64,000 bases of DNA, from positions 14,694,001-14,758,000 of the forward strand of contig CM120642.1 of NCBI GenBank assembly GCA_051362555.1, in the 5' to 3' direction. A program made the translations under genes and the position numbers. This DNA is from Lingula anatina (Eukaryota; Animalia; Brachiopoda). This document shows, piece by piece, positions 1 through 46,148 of this stretch; within the stretch, counting starts at the first letter, position 1; every line of letters begins with the position of its first letter. Under the pieces are notes generated by a model that saw only the letters and a program-made list of their open reading frames with translations, made no database searches and had not been told where the DNA came from.

Positions 1-325
1 TTATTCACCGAGGGAGACGTGTACATAGAGCTTCCAGGCAGTACCTTTTACAGCATGCCAGCGATAACATGTGTGTCATGTTGTGAGCAGTCAAGTATCA
101 CTGCCCGAAATTACTTATACATGTATCTTTGGAAGCAAATTCCGTTGTGTTTTTTTTTGTTTTGTTTGCATGGACTGATTCACGTGGCATGCGTCTGCTG
201 ATTCGTATTTATACATATTTAACCACTAATGCCAATTTGTGTACAACTTGGCTGCGAATATAACACTATAAAGTATAAAAGTTGATTAGCCAATGACTAG
301 ATGTCCAATATTTTGATAATATCAG

Positions 326-5688
<5,363 letters not shown>

Positions 5689-5762
5689 AGAATTTCCGGA
5701 AATATTTTAATCTGAATCAGATTTTGATGAAGAAAAAGACTTCAGCGACAACACGTAAATGT

Positions 5763-6019
5763 CACTGAAGGATCCAATATTTTGCTTAGAGGGTAGAAGA
5801 GGGTGGGGGTATACAAAGAAATGTTTTTTAACCTTGTTAAGCTAGGCAAATATTATCGTTGTCGAGGATAATTTTACTGTAATATTAAGTATTGCACAGG
5901 GATAAATTTGCTTGGTTTGACTAGTTTCGCTTATTGTACGACTCTTTTTATTAAGAAAAAGAGTGGAAGGGTGTATTTTTAAAGCAATTAGGGGGTATGG
6001 TTCTTTGGATCCGTCATTG
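5763..6019. mobile_element. MITE with CA...TG termini and a 5-bp flanking duplication
   Basis: AATGT|CACTGAAGGATCCAA ... TTGGATCCGTCATTG|AATGT; G-rich interior. Confidence 0.6.
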
Positions 6020-6860
6020 AATGTCGACCAGTGGATATTTTGGCACTTTATTCCAGATATGACACAGTGAATCTTGGTGCTATTTTCAGATTTACTTTAT
6101 TCGTTAATTTACAGCCTCGTTGTGCTGATCATAACCACGACGGAAAAAATATCTAGCCTTCACTTATTTGGTATATGTCATTTTCATCAGTTCTTTCTAC
6201 ATGTAACGCTAAAAATTCAATATCTCTGACAACGTAGTTGTTTATTAGGTACACAGGTATCTACATTTCAGAGGATAAGAGTGAAAGGTGCGTCTAAGAG
6301 CAAGCAGAATTCCACCGTCTCATATTGATCCTATAGAATAGATTTGGCGTAATTAAAGCACAGATTTCGGTTCACATGTGGCTGAGAAAATGAAGGTGCC
6401 AATTGAATTAACGTTTCACATACACGTAAAAGCTGTTTTTGTGAAGCCATATATAATCAACTTCAGCATTCATTTCTGACAGGGATTTCTGAAAGCTATT
6501 TGTGTGAATAGGAAACGACTTAATTTAAACTTAATGTAATTACGAGCCTGTAGAACATTACATAATTGTGTATGTGTTTTTAACTGGATTTTGCGTGTGT
6601 AGTAACGATCTCTTTTTTTCTTGTCAAAGGTAATTTTTTTACAGGGTAATTTCACCGACCGGTGTTTAAAGTTAGAGCAATGGCTCTTCTCTTTTAAGTG
6701 TATAGTTTGTACAAGATGTATAAAATAGATGAATAAAATATTTCAGTTATAGTTGTATCGTTGAATGTGAGATCCGCAGTGCAAAGTGTCCCTGACCTAT
6801 TAGCACAATGCGTCCATACCACGTGATGAGGCACCACGTGGCCCCATTCTAAAAGCCTCA

Positions 6861-7093
6861 GGGCTCATTTCCATTTCCATTAGTCTACCTAGGTCGATCT
6901 AACTCCGCTTAATGCAACCAGTTTAACGGATAAACACTCCTCCTCCTGGCGTAGTGCAGAAAAAAGTAAAGCGGGTAATGATATGAGAACGTTGAAAACA
7001 AGAGGGGGCGTGTTAATCTGTACAGCTGATTGCATTCAGCGAGAGTTCCTTCGGAGTTGGATCGATCTTCGTAGTTTTAATGGAAATGAACTC
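6861..7093. mobile_element. Diverged MITE related to family A
   Basis: GGGCTCATTTCCATT ... AATGGAAATGAACTC with internal inverted GTCGATCTAACTCCG / CGGAGTTGGATCGAT; flanks tca/tta. Confidence 0.55.
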
Positions 7094-9805
7094 TTATTGA
7101 GATAAAAAGGGAACTTTGTTTGCCCAAATTATACACTATGAAATATTTTGAATGTTACTGTTTCAATTTCTTTCGAAAAAAAAACGCAAACCTATACGTT
7201 TATAAAATAACTTGTCAAATCACCCCATCTCTCAATTAAAAAAATGTAGCACTTCATCCACGTCAGAATTGCACATGGATTTATAAATTCAGCATCAAAA
7301 AGTTCATAGAAATGTGAACGAATGAGATCTAGGTTCAGGGCTCTGTGGCTATATTCTATACCCTGGAAATGTATAAATTAGCACATGTACTTTCTTTTGG
7401 CTTATTCAATAGGGATCAAAAAGTGACAATGTGCGAAAAGCCTGCTTGATATTACTCATGAGGACTAGATGTAAACCACATTTTCTTGCTTAGACTGTAA
7501 AGGACTGAATACGTGCGTGATGAATACGTGCATGAATACATGCGTGATGTCATCAGAAGATATTTCAAAATTGCCGTAAAAAGCTCATCCGTGCGAGGGC
7601 ATGAGAGTCACTGAATTTCCTATCGAGTACTGTGTCAATCTTTAGTGTCCCTCTTCGTTTTATTGTGCCACGAAAAAGAAGGAATATATCACTTGTTTTT
7701 GCTACGGAGCTTCAAGCAATCAATAGTGCAATAGTAATTCCTTCACCCCATCGCTATTCTTTGTAATTTAATTTGTAATTGTATTTAAATGAGTTATCAG
7801 CGTAAATTGATCGATCAGTAGGCAGTTACCGGGCTATAATGAAGCAGACGCATCTGCACATCCACTTTGGCCCCGGGTGGGTCACTCAAGGCTTTGGCCA
7901 AGTTACTATCGACCTTCCTAATTAAACATTGACTTCAGGAGAGGAAAGTGCTCTTTATGTACGAGAAATTGTCTCAGCTAAGTGATGACAGATGTGCCTT
8001 AAATGTCATATCTTCTTACCCATGTATCCTATTCTTCTGGTATCCTGTTAACTAATTACTAACTCGACAGTGATTTAATAGATCGACACACGCATACATT
8101 TATGACCTCAGATGGAAGGAAGCAAACGCAAAATAAATCTGCAATTCAGTTATTGCGGTATAACTTATAACAGCCAGTTAATCATTCTGTAAATTGCATT
8201 TTGTGTAATCAAGGTGAAATAAAATTCTACCTTCAATGAGTGTGAATGTTGAACTGATGAATCGGCAGAGATACAGCAAGAAAAACATTATTTCTAACGT
8301 TTAATTAAGGACCTTTCATATATAAGAATAACACACTAGTACTCGCAAAGAAGAAATATTGTGCACATTTAAACATTTATAGAATATTTAATTAAGATGA
8401 TATGGACGTGGTTTCTTCTAGAGTCTGCGTTAGATAATACATATGTATTAAAATAAACAGTTAAATACTTTCCTTTATAAATGCGACTTGATAAAGCCTT
8501 GCTGGTTTTCTCGAGTCTACCAATACTAATACATGTGGATTGTTGCAGCGAGTGCCACCCCGCGCCGATTGATTTTAGTCAGCAAGCCGGAGTAATAATG
8601 AAAGCAGCCAGTCCCAAGAGAAGCAATGATGCCCGCGTCTTTCACTCTTCATCGGTGATTGGATTAAGACGACAAAATTTAGCTGGATATTCCCTACGCA
8701 CTATTAATGCTGCCGCTGCGCCCTGCTGTATGTGTGCAGGGCCACCGAATTGAATATCTATAAAAAGCGACGGGACATGCAGGTTCCAAAAGCCATTAAA
8801 AGCTGACAGATCGGTGAAACGGATAATGCGATTTGCACGGTATGGCGCATTTGTAGTCTGGAGACTCTTGCCAAAACTAAATATTCTGCAAAATGGCTGC
8901 ATAATCGAATAACAATGGAGGGACCTATAGACAAATGGTTTGGGAATAATGCTTTCCAGTTTTGGTGTGTCATCGGAGAAGTATTGCCATTTGAAGAATA
9001 AATGGTTATCTCTTATTTTATTGTCACTTTTTCACTCTCTCTGATAGCGCTTTCGTTTCTTTAAGTTTATTTTAATCCGAATAGGCACCAAGTATTTTTA
9101 ACTTCTGGTGAAATATAATCACAGAGGATATCAAAGTCCATTCATGAACTCAGCGAGAAAAAGACAGAAGTGTACAGGAAAAGCCTTTTTTGTATGAAGA
9201 AATCGAAGATTAATAAAACTACTCGAGTTAAAAGGTGAATCCAAATAGCTAAGCTCGATCATGAAGTTTTCGTCATAATCGATTTTTCTCAGCTTTGGGG
9301 CATCAAAACTCCCAACTAGAGGTGATAGCCAGTCTTGTAATCTCTCTGAGTGTATCTTTCCGACTAGTGTTTGATTTGTTCGTGCAAAGTCTCTATCAAC
9401 CACTGTATAACTAACAACAGCGACGGTAACGATGTTTCTAGCGTCCGACCAGGTCGTGCATGCAGAGTTTGGGGACGTTGAGACTTAAAGGTAATGGACT
9501 GTTAATTGCCGAGAGCCTTAACAGTTGTTCTAAGAATGCGCGCGCATCCGCCTTGAGCTCTTAAGACGTAAGAATGCACCGTAGAACTAATTTTGGTGGG
9601 AGAAATATATGAGTTGCCAAAGGAGAATCTGGAAACCAAGAAGAAGCTCCCAGCATTTTTCTTTTCTTCGTTTCATTAACCATGAAACACGTGGAATGAG
9701 AAGGAATAAGGGCAGTTCAAATAAAGCTAAATGTGCTTATGGACTAAAGGGACATTTATCAACCCTTCCACCGGCACTGCAAGGTAACAGTGAAATAAAA
9801 GGAAA

Positions 9806-22067
<12,262 letters not shown>

Positions 22068-25000
22068 AACAAAAATTGCCGAAGTCCGTTGACGGGGACG
22101 TTTAATGTAACTCCTCTCTTCAGTTCAATTACGCCATTTCAATGCGGTTCTTATACTTACAGAGGATGAATTGAATATGTTTGGGTACATTTTATTTGGG
22201 GTATTTTTCACGTATAAAGAAAATGTTTAAGCATATTAAGACATTGAACGTTTATATTAAGACATATTAGGACACTGACCGACATTTAGTTGGCTAAATT
22301 TGGACAGGGTTTGATTTAGTTTGAGCAGCAATTCCATCAATATCGAGGATCATAGGACAAGTCCTCGGGTGAGATTAAGACATTTTTATCGTAGAATTTC
22401 GCACTTTCAGCATTTCATGTTTTTCACATAATATAATGTATACACACACACACATGTAGATGTACAGTATAAATACAGTGTGTGTACTGTGTATATATCA
22501 CGGCAAAGGAAATAACATTGATCACGTGATTAAGAGCTGACGGGCCCATTTTATATTACTATCGTTTTTGAAAACCCGTAAGCCAAGAAAAATGTGAATT
22601 CAAAAGACGACGCTGTCAATACAAGAATACATTGGGCAATCCATTCACAATACCTGATACAAGAAGGTTTTCGTCTTTCTAAGCAAGAGTATATGGGAAG
22701 TATTTCATATTTGAGAGAGAAATAATAGAAAATTCGGTTCCCCCTACTGTCCCCTTTGCACCTACCCTTAAGAATATGCGAAGAAGAATGGAATCTATAA
22801 ACAAATAAGACGTCTTTCTCAAGATTCAAACAGTTGCTGTCAAAGAACAAAGAACCCCCTTAGCAGATAATGGTCTGCTGAGGTCACTTTGTAGATAAAT
22901 TGTTTTGCTTATGTTTTGAAATTCTGAGGCGCCGTGAAGTCTTAGTAGCTTTCCCTATGTCAGAATGTGTCAGCAGATAGAATTTCGGTGTCTTCTTGAA
23001 GCAGGAAGGAAATTGAACACAATAAAACATTTATGGTTTTTGAGGTTACAATTACCTCCAAAGGAATATAAGAAGGCAAAGGGTGACATATTTGTCACCA
23101 TGAGTTCTAGAGAATAGATGATGACTCATGTAGGCCCTAAGCATACTCTCTCTGCTTGTTCATTTGGAAATTGCAAGATGAAAATAGGACTGTGCTCCCA
23201 ATAGCCTCTGAAACTCCGGGTGTGGGAAACGTGCTTAGAACTGTGATTAGTTGAAAGCCTTTTGTTGTTAATTTTTTCGCTCAGATACCATCAACATGTT
23301 GCTATTTCTCCCAAAGCATAATGGATTTTTGAAGTAAAAGTCTCAAATATAGAGCACATTCACCTTGAAGTGCTCACTACATGTATATATCCATAAACTT
23401 CATATCGCAATTAGGTTGTGATAGCGATTTCTTTTCATGACGAGTACAAAATTATATTGTGTTTTAGACCATGATCGTATACTTTAGCACTGGACCCGTA
23501 TCCCAAAAAAGACTAAATATAATGTTTTAGTCTGTAAACTCATTATTACAATTAATATAATAAATAAGATACAATAAAATTAACATGATTATGAACAGCA
23601 TTTTCTTGTGCTTTGTAAAATGAATTCTCATTTAATTTTGCTTCAGAAAAGCCAGATATTTGACAGAGATTTCACTTTGAAACGAATGCCCCGCAATAGG
23701 CAACTGTATTGAGACATGTGAACACCATGCTTGCGACATTTTACAAAAGTCCTGGTTTTTCAATAATCCGTTGTCTTCATTGCAGTAAATTGAGCCTCAC
23801 AACTTATCTTTAATTAGACCACATGCAATGAGTTTTATTGCATACTCTGCTTCTTTACACCTTTATATGGTAAGTTCTGTTTCCTGCCAGCCAAGGACAA
23901 AGTCGGAGTACATTTGGGATTTGACACATACTAAATGAAAACAGGTTCTGAGGCGGTAAATCTTGGTGGCTAGTACTCCACCGTACTATTAGCAAAGGGA
24001 TGACGTCTGTGGAAATGTTCATCTCCGGCTCCAGTGATTGTAATGTAACTTAGAAGTAGCAGGATTATTCACAGGTCATAACTCCTCGCATTCTTTCCCA
24101 CTGTGATACAGAGCGCAAATCGGACTGTGATTACGTGTCAATCTGCAAGAAAACGAGATTTTTTTCCAATTTACATAGAAATAGCGATGTACTGAATGTA
24201 ACGAGGTAATCGACTTTAGGATTCCTTCGCATTCCTCAATCAATCTTATTCCCAAAAGACTGCCCAATAATATATTTTTCGATGAAGCACATAGTTTTTC
24301 TAAAAAATAAAACAATGATAAAGAACATTACAGTTAATTGATGAATAGATATCGAATATAGATATCACGCGAATAAAAACATAATAATAATCTACACAAT
24401 TAATACTGAATTGATAAGTTGGATAATCATTCACTTAGATATTATTTTGAAGACTGGTGAGAGGCCTAAGACAGTGTGCTCTGTATTAAGTTCCCTTCTG
24501 TAACAAAAAATGAGCTGAGGTCAGATCCGTTAGTGTCGTTTGATCAATCCCCATTTAAAGAATAAATGGAGTGTAGCTTTTGCCAGAAATGGACGCAGTT
24601 GTCCTTGATAAATTGTATCAATCAGCCAGTAGGTATTTAACCCGAAATCTAAAAACCTTTTTAGCACTACCCATATCCTAAAAGTAGACCTACTTATATT
24701 AATACAATGTATTTCGGACATTTTACGCTAAGCCAAGGCAGCAAGCATTTGTAATTTCGAGATCTGTTAAATAAAACTATTCCAAGTTACTCTTAAAACG
24801 CCGGAGGCTTTACTTGTATATGTGTATTCATTAGCTGTTTCACCAACAAGGTATTCTCGCAGGGTTTTTATTGTTCTTGATACTTCAGAGGGTCTTTAAC
24901 TCTTCATCACAATCTTAGTGAAAAAAGGTTATGAAAATAACACAAAATATAAAGTGAAATAGAATGATAGGAATTGAAAATGGGCATGCCGTTTCGTATG

Positions 25001-27711
25001 TTCATACATTGCATACATGCAGTTTTATGGTATGTGAATACCCCAAAAACAAATGCTGGATATAAATTGTAATCTGAAAAATTATGATTGCAATTTACAT
25101 TGTTCACGCAGCATATCTGAGTAAAAAAAATGCCAGTGAGTGTTATGATATATGTATATATTGTCCATGTTTGATTTTTAAAGCTTTACCAGGACACCCG
25201 AACCTGTGTAGCTCCTGCAGTCTGGCGTTTTGTGGAACGTCTGAAAACGAGCTAATGGATCCGCGGTTGCTTTAAATTATACATATAGATAATGCATTTA
25301 GCAACTTGTCCCTTGGTAATGCTACATTAAAGGTCTTGCAGAACGTTCACAAAGACAGTAAACAATGATCAAAAGGACGCAGTGTAGCCTTTACCATATG
25401 TCATGAAAAGATACTGTTTTGAAAATCGCGTCTTTTCATCTTCTCGTGTTGAATAAAAGACTGAGATAAGGACACGAAATTGCGCTCACAGTATCTCAAC
25501 ACATGTCAAAAACGGTTTCCGAACAGTTAATAAGGACCGCTGAATCTAACTGATAATGCAAGTTATTGTATTTCGGCAACAGACATTTGCTTGTAATATT
25601 GAAAATCGTTTGTGCTCAAATTCTCAAATTCTCGGACAAGTATAGGTCTATGTAATAAGCCTTTTGTCTGGTTTCCAGCTTATTCCCCGTTGTTCTGGTC
25701 ATTAGCTTGTGATTTGCAAAATATGGGAACCATTAGTCGACCAGTCATGTTCAATCCATAACCGGTAATAAGATTTTCAATTATGGACCGGGTTTATCGA
25801 TGTGAGGCAGTTGGTGTCAGGAGCCGAAACATTGATATAGTTATGTTCAGTTGACATCAATACCACGGTGCAGGATGACGGAGTGGCTTTATTTCCCAAG
25901 CTTCTTGGTACATTCCTTGTTATCGTTAAGATGCTGGAAAGACGTTACATTACCAGTGTTGTTCTTTCATCAGACATCTCTTAATATAAAGCGACTTCTT
26001 TCAAAATTATGTCCTGTATATTCAGCAATGAAAGCAAAAGAGTGTTTTCATTATTAGTTATTTTTGATTGGGTTTCTAAGCTTCATTAAAACTATCTAAA
26101 TCTTACTTGACCATAAGAGCGGAACCTGTCGAGATCTCAATCCTTTAGAATCACAAGTGAACAAAATATACTGCTATATGAACATATAAGCATATATCGA
26201 CAACAGGTTGTTGTACATATAGCTGTGCAAACATGGCCGTACTCGTGTTGTCAAATCGACTGAAGAATATATTTCGCTTGTCCAACGGATGCTTATTATT
26301 TAGACTAAAGAACACACCAAGAGATCAAACCTTCGCCATGTGATTTATAAAATAAGATCGAAATTTAATTATTTAAAAAAATATTAGGAGATCCGGGTTC
26401 AGTTAAATATTACCCTCCTGTCTTTCCTGAATATTGGACCAAAAATTGTGAAGAACTTTTTGAGATATTAGGTCTACATACAAACCAACGCCTATCGTTC
26501 ATGGATATAATAATAAGCCATATAATGTCACTTTTTCCTACTATACCGCTTTCCATTTACACTTAAAATAAAGCATGTAAAGAGATTTTAGCATCTAAAT
26601 TATTAAATGTGCATCATATGCTATTACCGCAAAAGTAAAGTACGCCATAAGTCATGTTCTTGGAATTGCGTATCTAACCGTTACACTGGAAAATAGCAAA
26701 TAAACAAATGCTCGAGACAACATTAATACACTTTACGCTTTATGAATAGCTCTGCCATTATGCAATTGATTGAGAAGACTAAAAGGCCGGTATAAGAATT
26801 AATGAACCATTAAATGAGATTTTTTCAACGTGAAGTGCTTACATTTAAGAGGAATACGCACACGTACCCGATAATAGCTTAAGATTACTTAACATATATG
26901 AACCTTCTCGATGCATGCAGTTTTAATTGCTTTGTTTTCTCTATTCCATTAACAAATTCCTAAAAACTTTGTGAAAATTTGATAATTGAACAAAGCAACA
27001 AAAGCTAATTTTTTTTTTAATGTGATTATGCCATGTTTTCTGTTACTACTCATAAAACTCTGACAGTGCTGGTATAAACTTCTGCTGTTGTTACATTTGT
27101 AGTCGATCCAGCTGCAAAACCACTATGGTCAGTAATTACATTAATAACCAATACTCAGGCCTTGTTCACTATAAACATTGGGCTTATTAGCTTTCATCAA
27201 CATCAATTTACCGAATCGGTCGTGTATATCTATTTCTCACCATTCTGACTCAATTGATGTAGCAAATGATACGCATATATTTCATCAACTCGCTTATTGA
27301 ATATATTAGTTTGGTAAAAAAAATAACAGTGTCAAAAAACCCTGAAAGCTTTTTGGTCTTGTCATTAAGGAACAGTGATATGCCTCGCGGAGTGACAGCA
27401 AGCGACCCATTAAGGCAATCTCTGGAGTCGAGAATCCATCCGATTAATCATTTTAACACAAAAGCCCTATAATAAAGTCTTAGGACTAACGCATTCCACG
27501 CCATTTGGGTATACGGATTCTAAATCCGCCACGCATTACAGAGGAATTACGACTTAAAAGCCTAGCAGAAGTGGCAGTCAGAAATGGAACTCGTCGGTGG
27601 ATATTGGGGGCGATCTGATGCAGAATAGTGGGAAACCTAAGCGAAGACAAATTTAAGCTTAAGAGTGGAATATTTGTTTCCGTGAAACAAAAATATTTCA
27701 GAGACTGGAAA

Positions 27712-40886
<13,175 letters not shown>

Positions 40887-41297
40887 GCAAGAAGATACTT
40901 GGACGGAGAGAGAGCTACTGATTGATATTGCCATCTAAGAGGAGGGAAGGGGAGGGGGGCTTTAAAATTCCTATTAACTTTGTACAAACCTAAATGAATG
41001 CCACCCGGTGCATAGAGGAGGGTAAATCGCCTGTACGCATAACCCACGCACCGGGTGGAGCCTCAGACGAAACATATTAACTATGGGGATATACACAAGG
41101 TTCTTATGGGCATAATAGCATCACCAGCAGGGTGGTTGCCGAGTGTTTGTTTAGATTTATCGGAATTCAATTGAAAATAGTGACAGACATGTTCAATATT
41201 TGTCAAATTTTATTTTATTTAATAGTGTCTTAGGGTGATGACGTGTGTACCCCATTGACAAAAGTTGAGAGAAAAATGATTGAAGGCAAATGTTTAA

Positions 41298-41505
41298 GGG
41301 TGCATTCCCAGGGATTTAGATCGATCCAGAGATTAAAATTTAGATCAACCTAACTCCCTGGGGGTTCACGCTAAGTTCACCATAGTTAATAACCCCCTTA
41401 CAGCTTTAAGTAGGCGTGACAGACGCTTCAGCCGGATAAGCTGACAGTAATCTAGTGAGACTCCCCACAGGGATAGATCGATCTAAAATCTATGGGAATG
41501 GGGTC
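41298..41505. mobile_element. MITE family A (Harbinger/Tourist-like)
   Basis: TAA|GGGTGCATTCCCA...TAGATCGATC ... GATCGATCTAAAATCTATGGGAATGGGGTC|TAA. Confidence 0.75.
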
Positions 41506-44500
41506 TAATTTTGACGCTATATTCCCATTTAAGCAAATGCTACGTCGAAGTTAATTAAAACAGCATGGACCTTAAACGTGCTTGACTTGCTATTAACATT
41601 TCTATCTTTTAACATTCAATAATGCATGATTTTTTTACGTTACATACAATTGAATAATAAATACTCTGGGAAGCGATAGTTCGAAAAATTTGAAAAGTGC
41701 AAAAATATGTAAAGATTGTCACTTTAATTTGATAACTTACAGTCCCCCTACTGTATAATCATTATTGTTCTGCAGTAGCATTCACGTGTTTCTCAACTAT
41801 CGCAATCCATAATTCTATGCTACTGTACTCCTGATGTCCAGTTATTTTCATACCTAGACGTAAATAATTAATATTTCGTATTTTTGACTTTCTTTATAAA
41901 AGCTACAGCGCTCTCATTTATGTTTTTAAGTCAAGTCACAATTTTGATGTAGAATATTATTTACAAAAAAAAGTTAAATAGGACGACATACTGAATTTTA
42001 TTTTAGCTCTAGAAGGAAGATGCGGACATTGTTATTCTTTGCAGCTTTGGTAACAGAAAAGCCGTATCAGGTTCAGTTAATATAATGGACTCGAATCTTT
42101 AGTTTTCCAACACAAATTTCCTGACTAATCAGAATGTAAGAACATGGAATGAGGGCTCTGTTCAATAAACAAGTTATCCACCAATGTGTTACGTCTAGTG
42201 CCCTACAATCACTACAGGTGAAAAGTTACACAACTTACATGTTATATTAGTTAATTTTTCCAGCTGACATTTCAAGAGTTGAGTAAGAACCTCCAGTTTA
42301 GGGAAGAAGCAGAAGACGGTGACTGAAGAATCGCAATATATATAAATATGACGTTCAAACAGGGCGGATTTCAAATCCGTTCCTGAAGAAGAGTTTGTAC
42401 CGATCTGTATTCTTCATTTTATTCAGTATCAACCTGCTTGCTCCTGCTTCCAAGGTCATTTCTTCAGTACATTTTACCATATTAATGATGAAAAATCTTG
42501 CTTAAAGAATATAAAGGTCAATATATTTGAGTTTAATAAAACTAGAGATAACAAAGCCAATATTGTTATATATATTCGGTGCATCAGACCAAAAACTTGA
42601 CACGTTAACCAAAATCGAATTTGGGCTAAATCTGTGATAGGTTGAAGTGACTCACTGGATTATAGTCAAGGGTTATTTGGTCTCGGAAATTAACGATCAA
42701 AGAGACATCGCTGTGCACGATTAAAGTAATTATTTTTCATCCATGTGAACAGACCGCTGCCGATGCCGCAATGTCAAACACTGGACACAGATTCATGATG
42801 CAGTTGCTTCACTTTGAAACGTTATAACTCCGTAATATTTAAACGTGAACTACTGAAACCCAGCTCCACTGGTGAATTTGACCATTCGTCACTGACTGAA
42901 TACAAGTATTTTTTTCTTGATTTCAATGAAGTTGAAAATCTATTCTGAAAATCACATTATAACGGATAGGGCTGCGTGACTCTAAACTTATAATTTCAAC
43001 AAGCGTGTGTGCGATTGTTAGTGGTATCACAATTTTGTATAAATATACATATAAACTATGATTATTGATATTTAGATATCACTGTCAACTGACACGTTAC
43101 AATAACGTGATCATTCCAAAAGACCCTTTGCCCTCCCAATCCACGCTATTATTTTCATGCACGGTCTTAAGTTTTAAAATCACAGTGTTATGCAAAAACA
43201 TCCTACTTTTAGTCTTGGATTTGTATTACTACCTTCTCTGAACGCTGTTGAAACAGAACTCAAACAAAATACAACAGCAGACCTGTTTCCTATGAACGGC
43301 GGATTCAAAAACAAATTTAACAGCAGATTATTTTGTGGCTGTTTGTGACCATTTTGAATATTTTCTCTTTTTTCATTTCAATATTTTTCTTCTAAAGAGA
43401 AAACCTATGTAGAGACAGGAGCATAGGCTTGTTGCAATTTTGAGCATCCTTAGGGTTTAAAATGTCAAAAGTACATATGAAATTTTCTCAAAATAAAGGA
43501 TGAATAATGGATTAAAAATCTATGTAGGCCTAATCCAACAATCTACTTTACAGCACAAACGTACTTAAAAAGTGCGTATTTGCACGTCATGCAGGTTGAA
43601 TTTTTTTCTGTTTTGAAGTTCCTTGGCTCTTCTCAGTGTTTTACTCGATACATATACAATAAACCAGATGGCCAATGCGTCGTCTCATAGAGTTAAATAA
43701 ACCCCAACCGGTGAAAGGCTAAATTGAATCTTCTTTCATGTAATTTCACGCGCGTGTCGTATAAATCTTCGGTCAAGCCTTGGGTCATTTTGAACCCCGT
43801 GCCGGCCGGCAAGCCCCCGGCAATGAGCAGACGACCATTACACACAGCTAACGAAATTTGCAACGAGCTGGACACACACCAGGTGTAGCCATGTTTGTAT
43901 TGACAACAAAACGGCGCCAAAGTACATACTCTTTAACCCACGAGGTGTCGCTGTGTTATGTTCTTGCAGCAGACGTCATATGTATCTAATCGATCTTACG
44001 GTTCAGCTGCACCCTGCGGCTATTCCCCCCGCAAAACCCAGGCCGTATACAATGAGATAGCCACTTGTACTATTACATTGCTAATCTTCTGTAAATCATC
44101 TGCCGGGGTCAAGAGATAAATCTCTGGACACAGGTACAGCTATATCACTTGAAAGATGGCTGCGCCCAGAAAATAAAATTGCAGCTCCTCTCTTCTCCTT
44201 AAATATGACTATCCAAAAAACCCCTTAAGCTTCTTAAAATTCATTATTATTTCTTAATGAAAAATTGTACTTTTTTAAGGATCAAAAAAGAAAACACAAT
44301 GGTGTCAGTCGATGCACCGCGCCTAAGCAAAGAATTTGCACACGTTTATTTTAGTATATTGAGGATCTCAACGGCAGTCAATAGAAACGGACTGAAAATT
44401 AAATTCATGGCAAGGATTCCACCTAATCGAAAGATCTAGGAAGGAGTTTACTATCCTTAGCTCGTGTCAAGGGTAATGAAATGGAAAGGATTTCAACATT

Positions 44501-46148
44501 AACACATTAAACGGCAGATCCACTCATGTGGCGAGAACACTATTCTTGGGTTCGGAATGAGCGGCTTGGTGCTTTTAGGAGTTGAACTCTCAATATTTAC
44601 ATTACCAAGGGAGAAGTGCTTAACATTTTTTTCTTTCTATATCTTCTTTTTTCAACTTAGTATTGGTATATACAGTAACAGTGGAAATGCACTATCTGTA
44701 AGTGTGTTTACTTCCGAGTTCCAACCCGAGTTTGTGTGCGTGTGTTAATTTTATTTCCATTTGTCATATAAACGTGAACGATAATAACGGCATTTCATAT
44801 GACAGCCCAAATAATAAAACAATAAAGAAAATATAATAATAAGGAAGGCAACATTTAAAGGCAAAGAATACAAACTGGCAAAGGGAAATAAGCCATCAAA
44901 ACGGTATTTGATTCTGTTTCCGGTAATTTCCTATAAAGACTAGTGTCAGGTTTTCATTTCCCATCCATTCAAAACTTTGTCACATAAAACGCCCTTTCTA
45001 GGTCAATTTCCTTAACAGATTGTCGTCACAAAGAACCTCAAATTTTTAGATGTGGTATAAATTCACATAATGTTATAATGCTTACAAATGAAGCACAATT
45101 CGCTACTTTCACCTTAAAATAAAACTATACAACAGAGTGAATCAGAAAGCATAAAATATAGTGGAAGCAACGTATAGGTAAACTGCAACAAATTTAAGAC
45201 GAAAGATGCGACCAGAACTTAGTGCATCTTTATAGGCTCAATCACTTACAGCTAGTTCGTTTATTTACTCTGGTTAGTCAAGTAGCAAATGCCCGCGGCA
45301 GTGCAAGCCTTTTTTGATAGATTCTCGCATAGATCGAACTTAATGGGTCGATTGCGCGCGGTCGTGGGCGCAGTAAGTGATGAGCTTCTGGTCAGCAGTC
45401 AGCAGCGTCCGGCTACTCTGTCCGAATGGGGAGGGATCTTTAACAAAATCAATTACGACGGAAGGGGGAGATTGCCTCATTGGAAAGGATGTCTTTGGAC
45501 GGGAGAAGATGTATCGATGATTTGACCGTTTCATGAGTGAACATTGTTCGTCTTGGTACACTCAATGTAGAAGGAAGTGAAGTATCGGAATACACTAGGT
45601 TCCTCAGGCGTATTTTTTGTCTGCAACTTTAATCGACAAATTATCATTTGGAAAGCATCATATATATTAATTTATAATAATTTAGGAGCACTTTATAGTT
45701 CCCTGCATTGAAATAAGGACTACTGAATTAGTTTGAACCGTCTACGTATATTTAAAGTGAGGCTTAAACTAAGATATACATGGCCGTTTTGTTTCATATA
45801 TGTGAATTGACATAATTGAATAATTCACCAAAAACATCCACAGGAGGCCGTTATGCAACCAGCAGCTAGAAATATCCATTGGTGAACGGCACAAGTATCA
45901 GAAGGCAACTCTCTGACTGGCAGTATATATTTACTCAGCGCCTGCCGCACGCGTGTCGGCACGATAGAACTTAGATTCGATAGAGAATTCCCTCCGTCGG
46001 CACAGCAGTCTTGTTGCCGGAAGTTAAATTCGCGGGTGCGCAACTCCAAACCATTTCTCCACCTCGTCTCCTTAACAGCCCGTCTACCTGGACAGCGAAC
46101 TCCTCACGCGACTGATTCAGTGACTGACTTCACGGCGGCTCCTCGACA

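Noticed and set aside
7507-7550. Three short TGAATACGTGC-like repeats as a CRISPR-like or regulatory array
   Set aside because: Degenerate 12-15-bp tandem duplication with no spacers, in a eukaryotic context.
8481-8753. 90-aa ORF with a hydrophobic start as gene 2 exon 1
   Set aside because: No convincing phase-1 donor; 9806-9887 fits much better (IPVG, 82 nt, gtaag).
22068-27711. A hidden gene or pseudogene between iGluR genes 2 and 3
   Set aside because: Only short AT-rich ORFs without recognisable motifs were found.
43780-44170. CpG-rich patch with CRE-like and YY1-like (AAGATGGC) motifs as a separate gene or ncRNA
   Set aside because: No ORF, splice pattern or RNA fold could be supported; it may be upstream regulatory DNA of the RDL-like gene but short motifs alone are insufficient.
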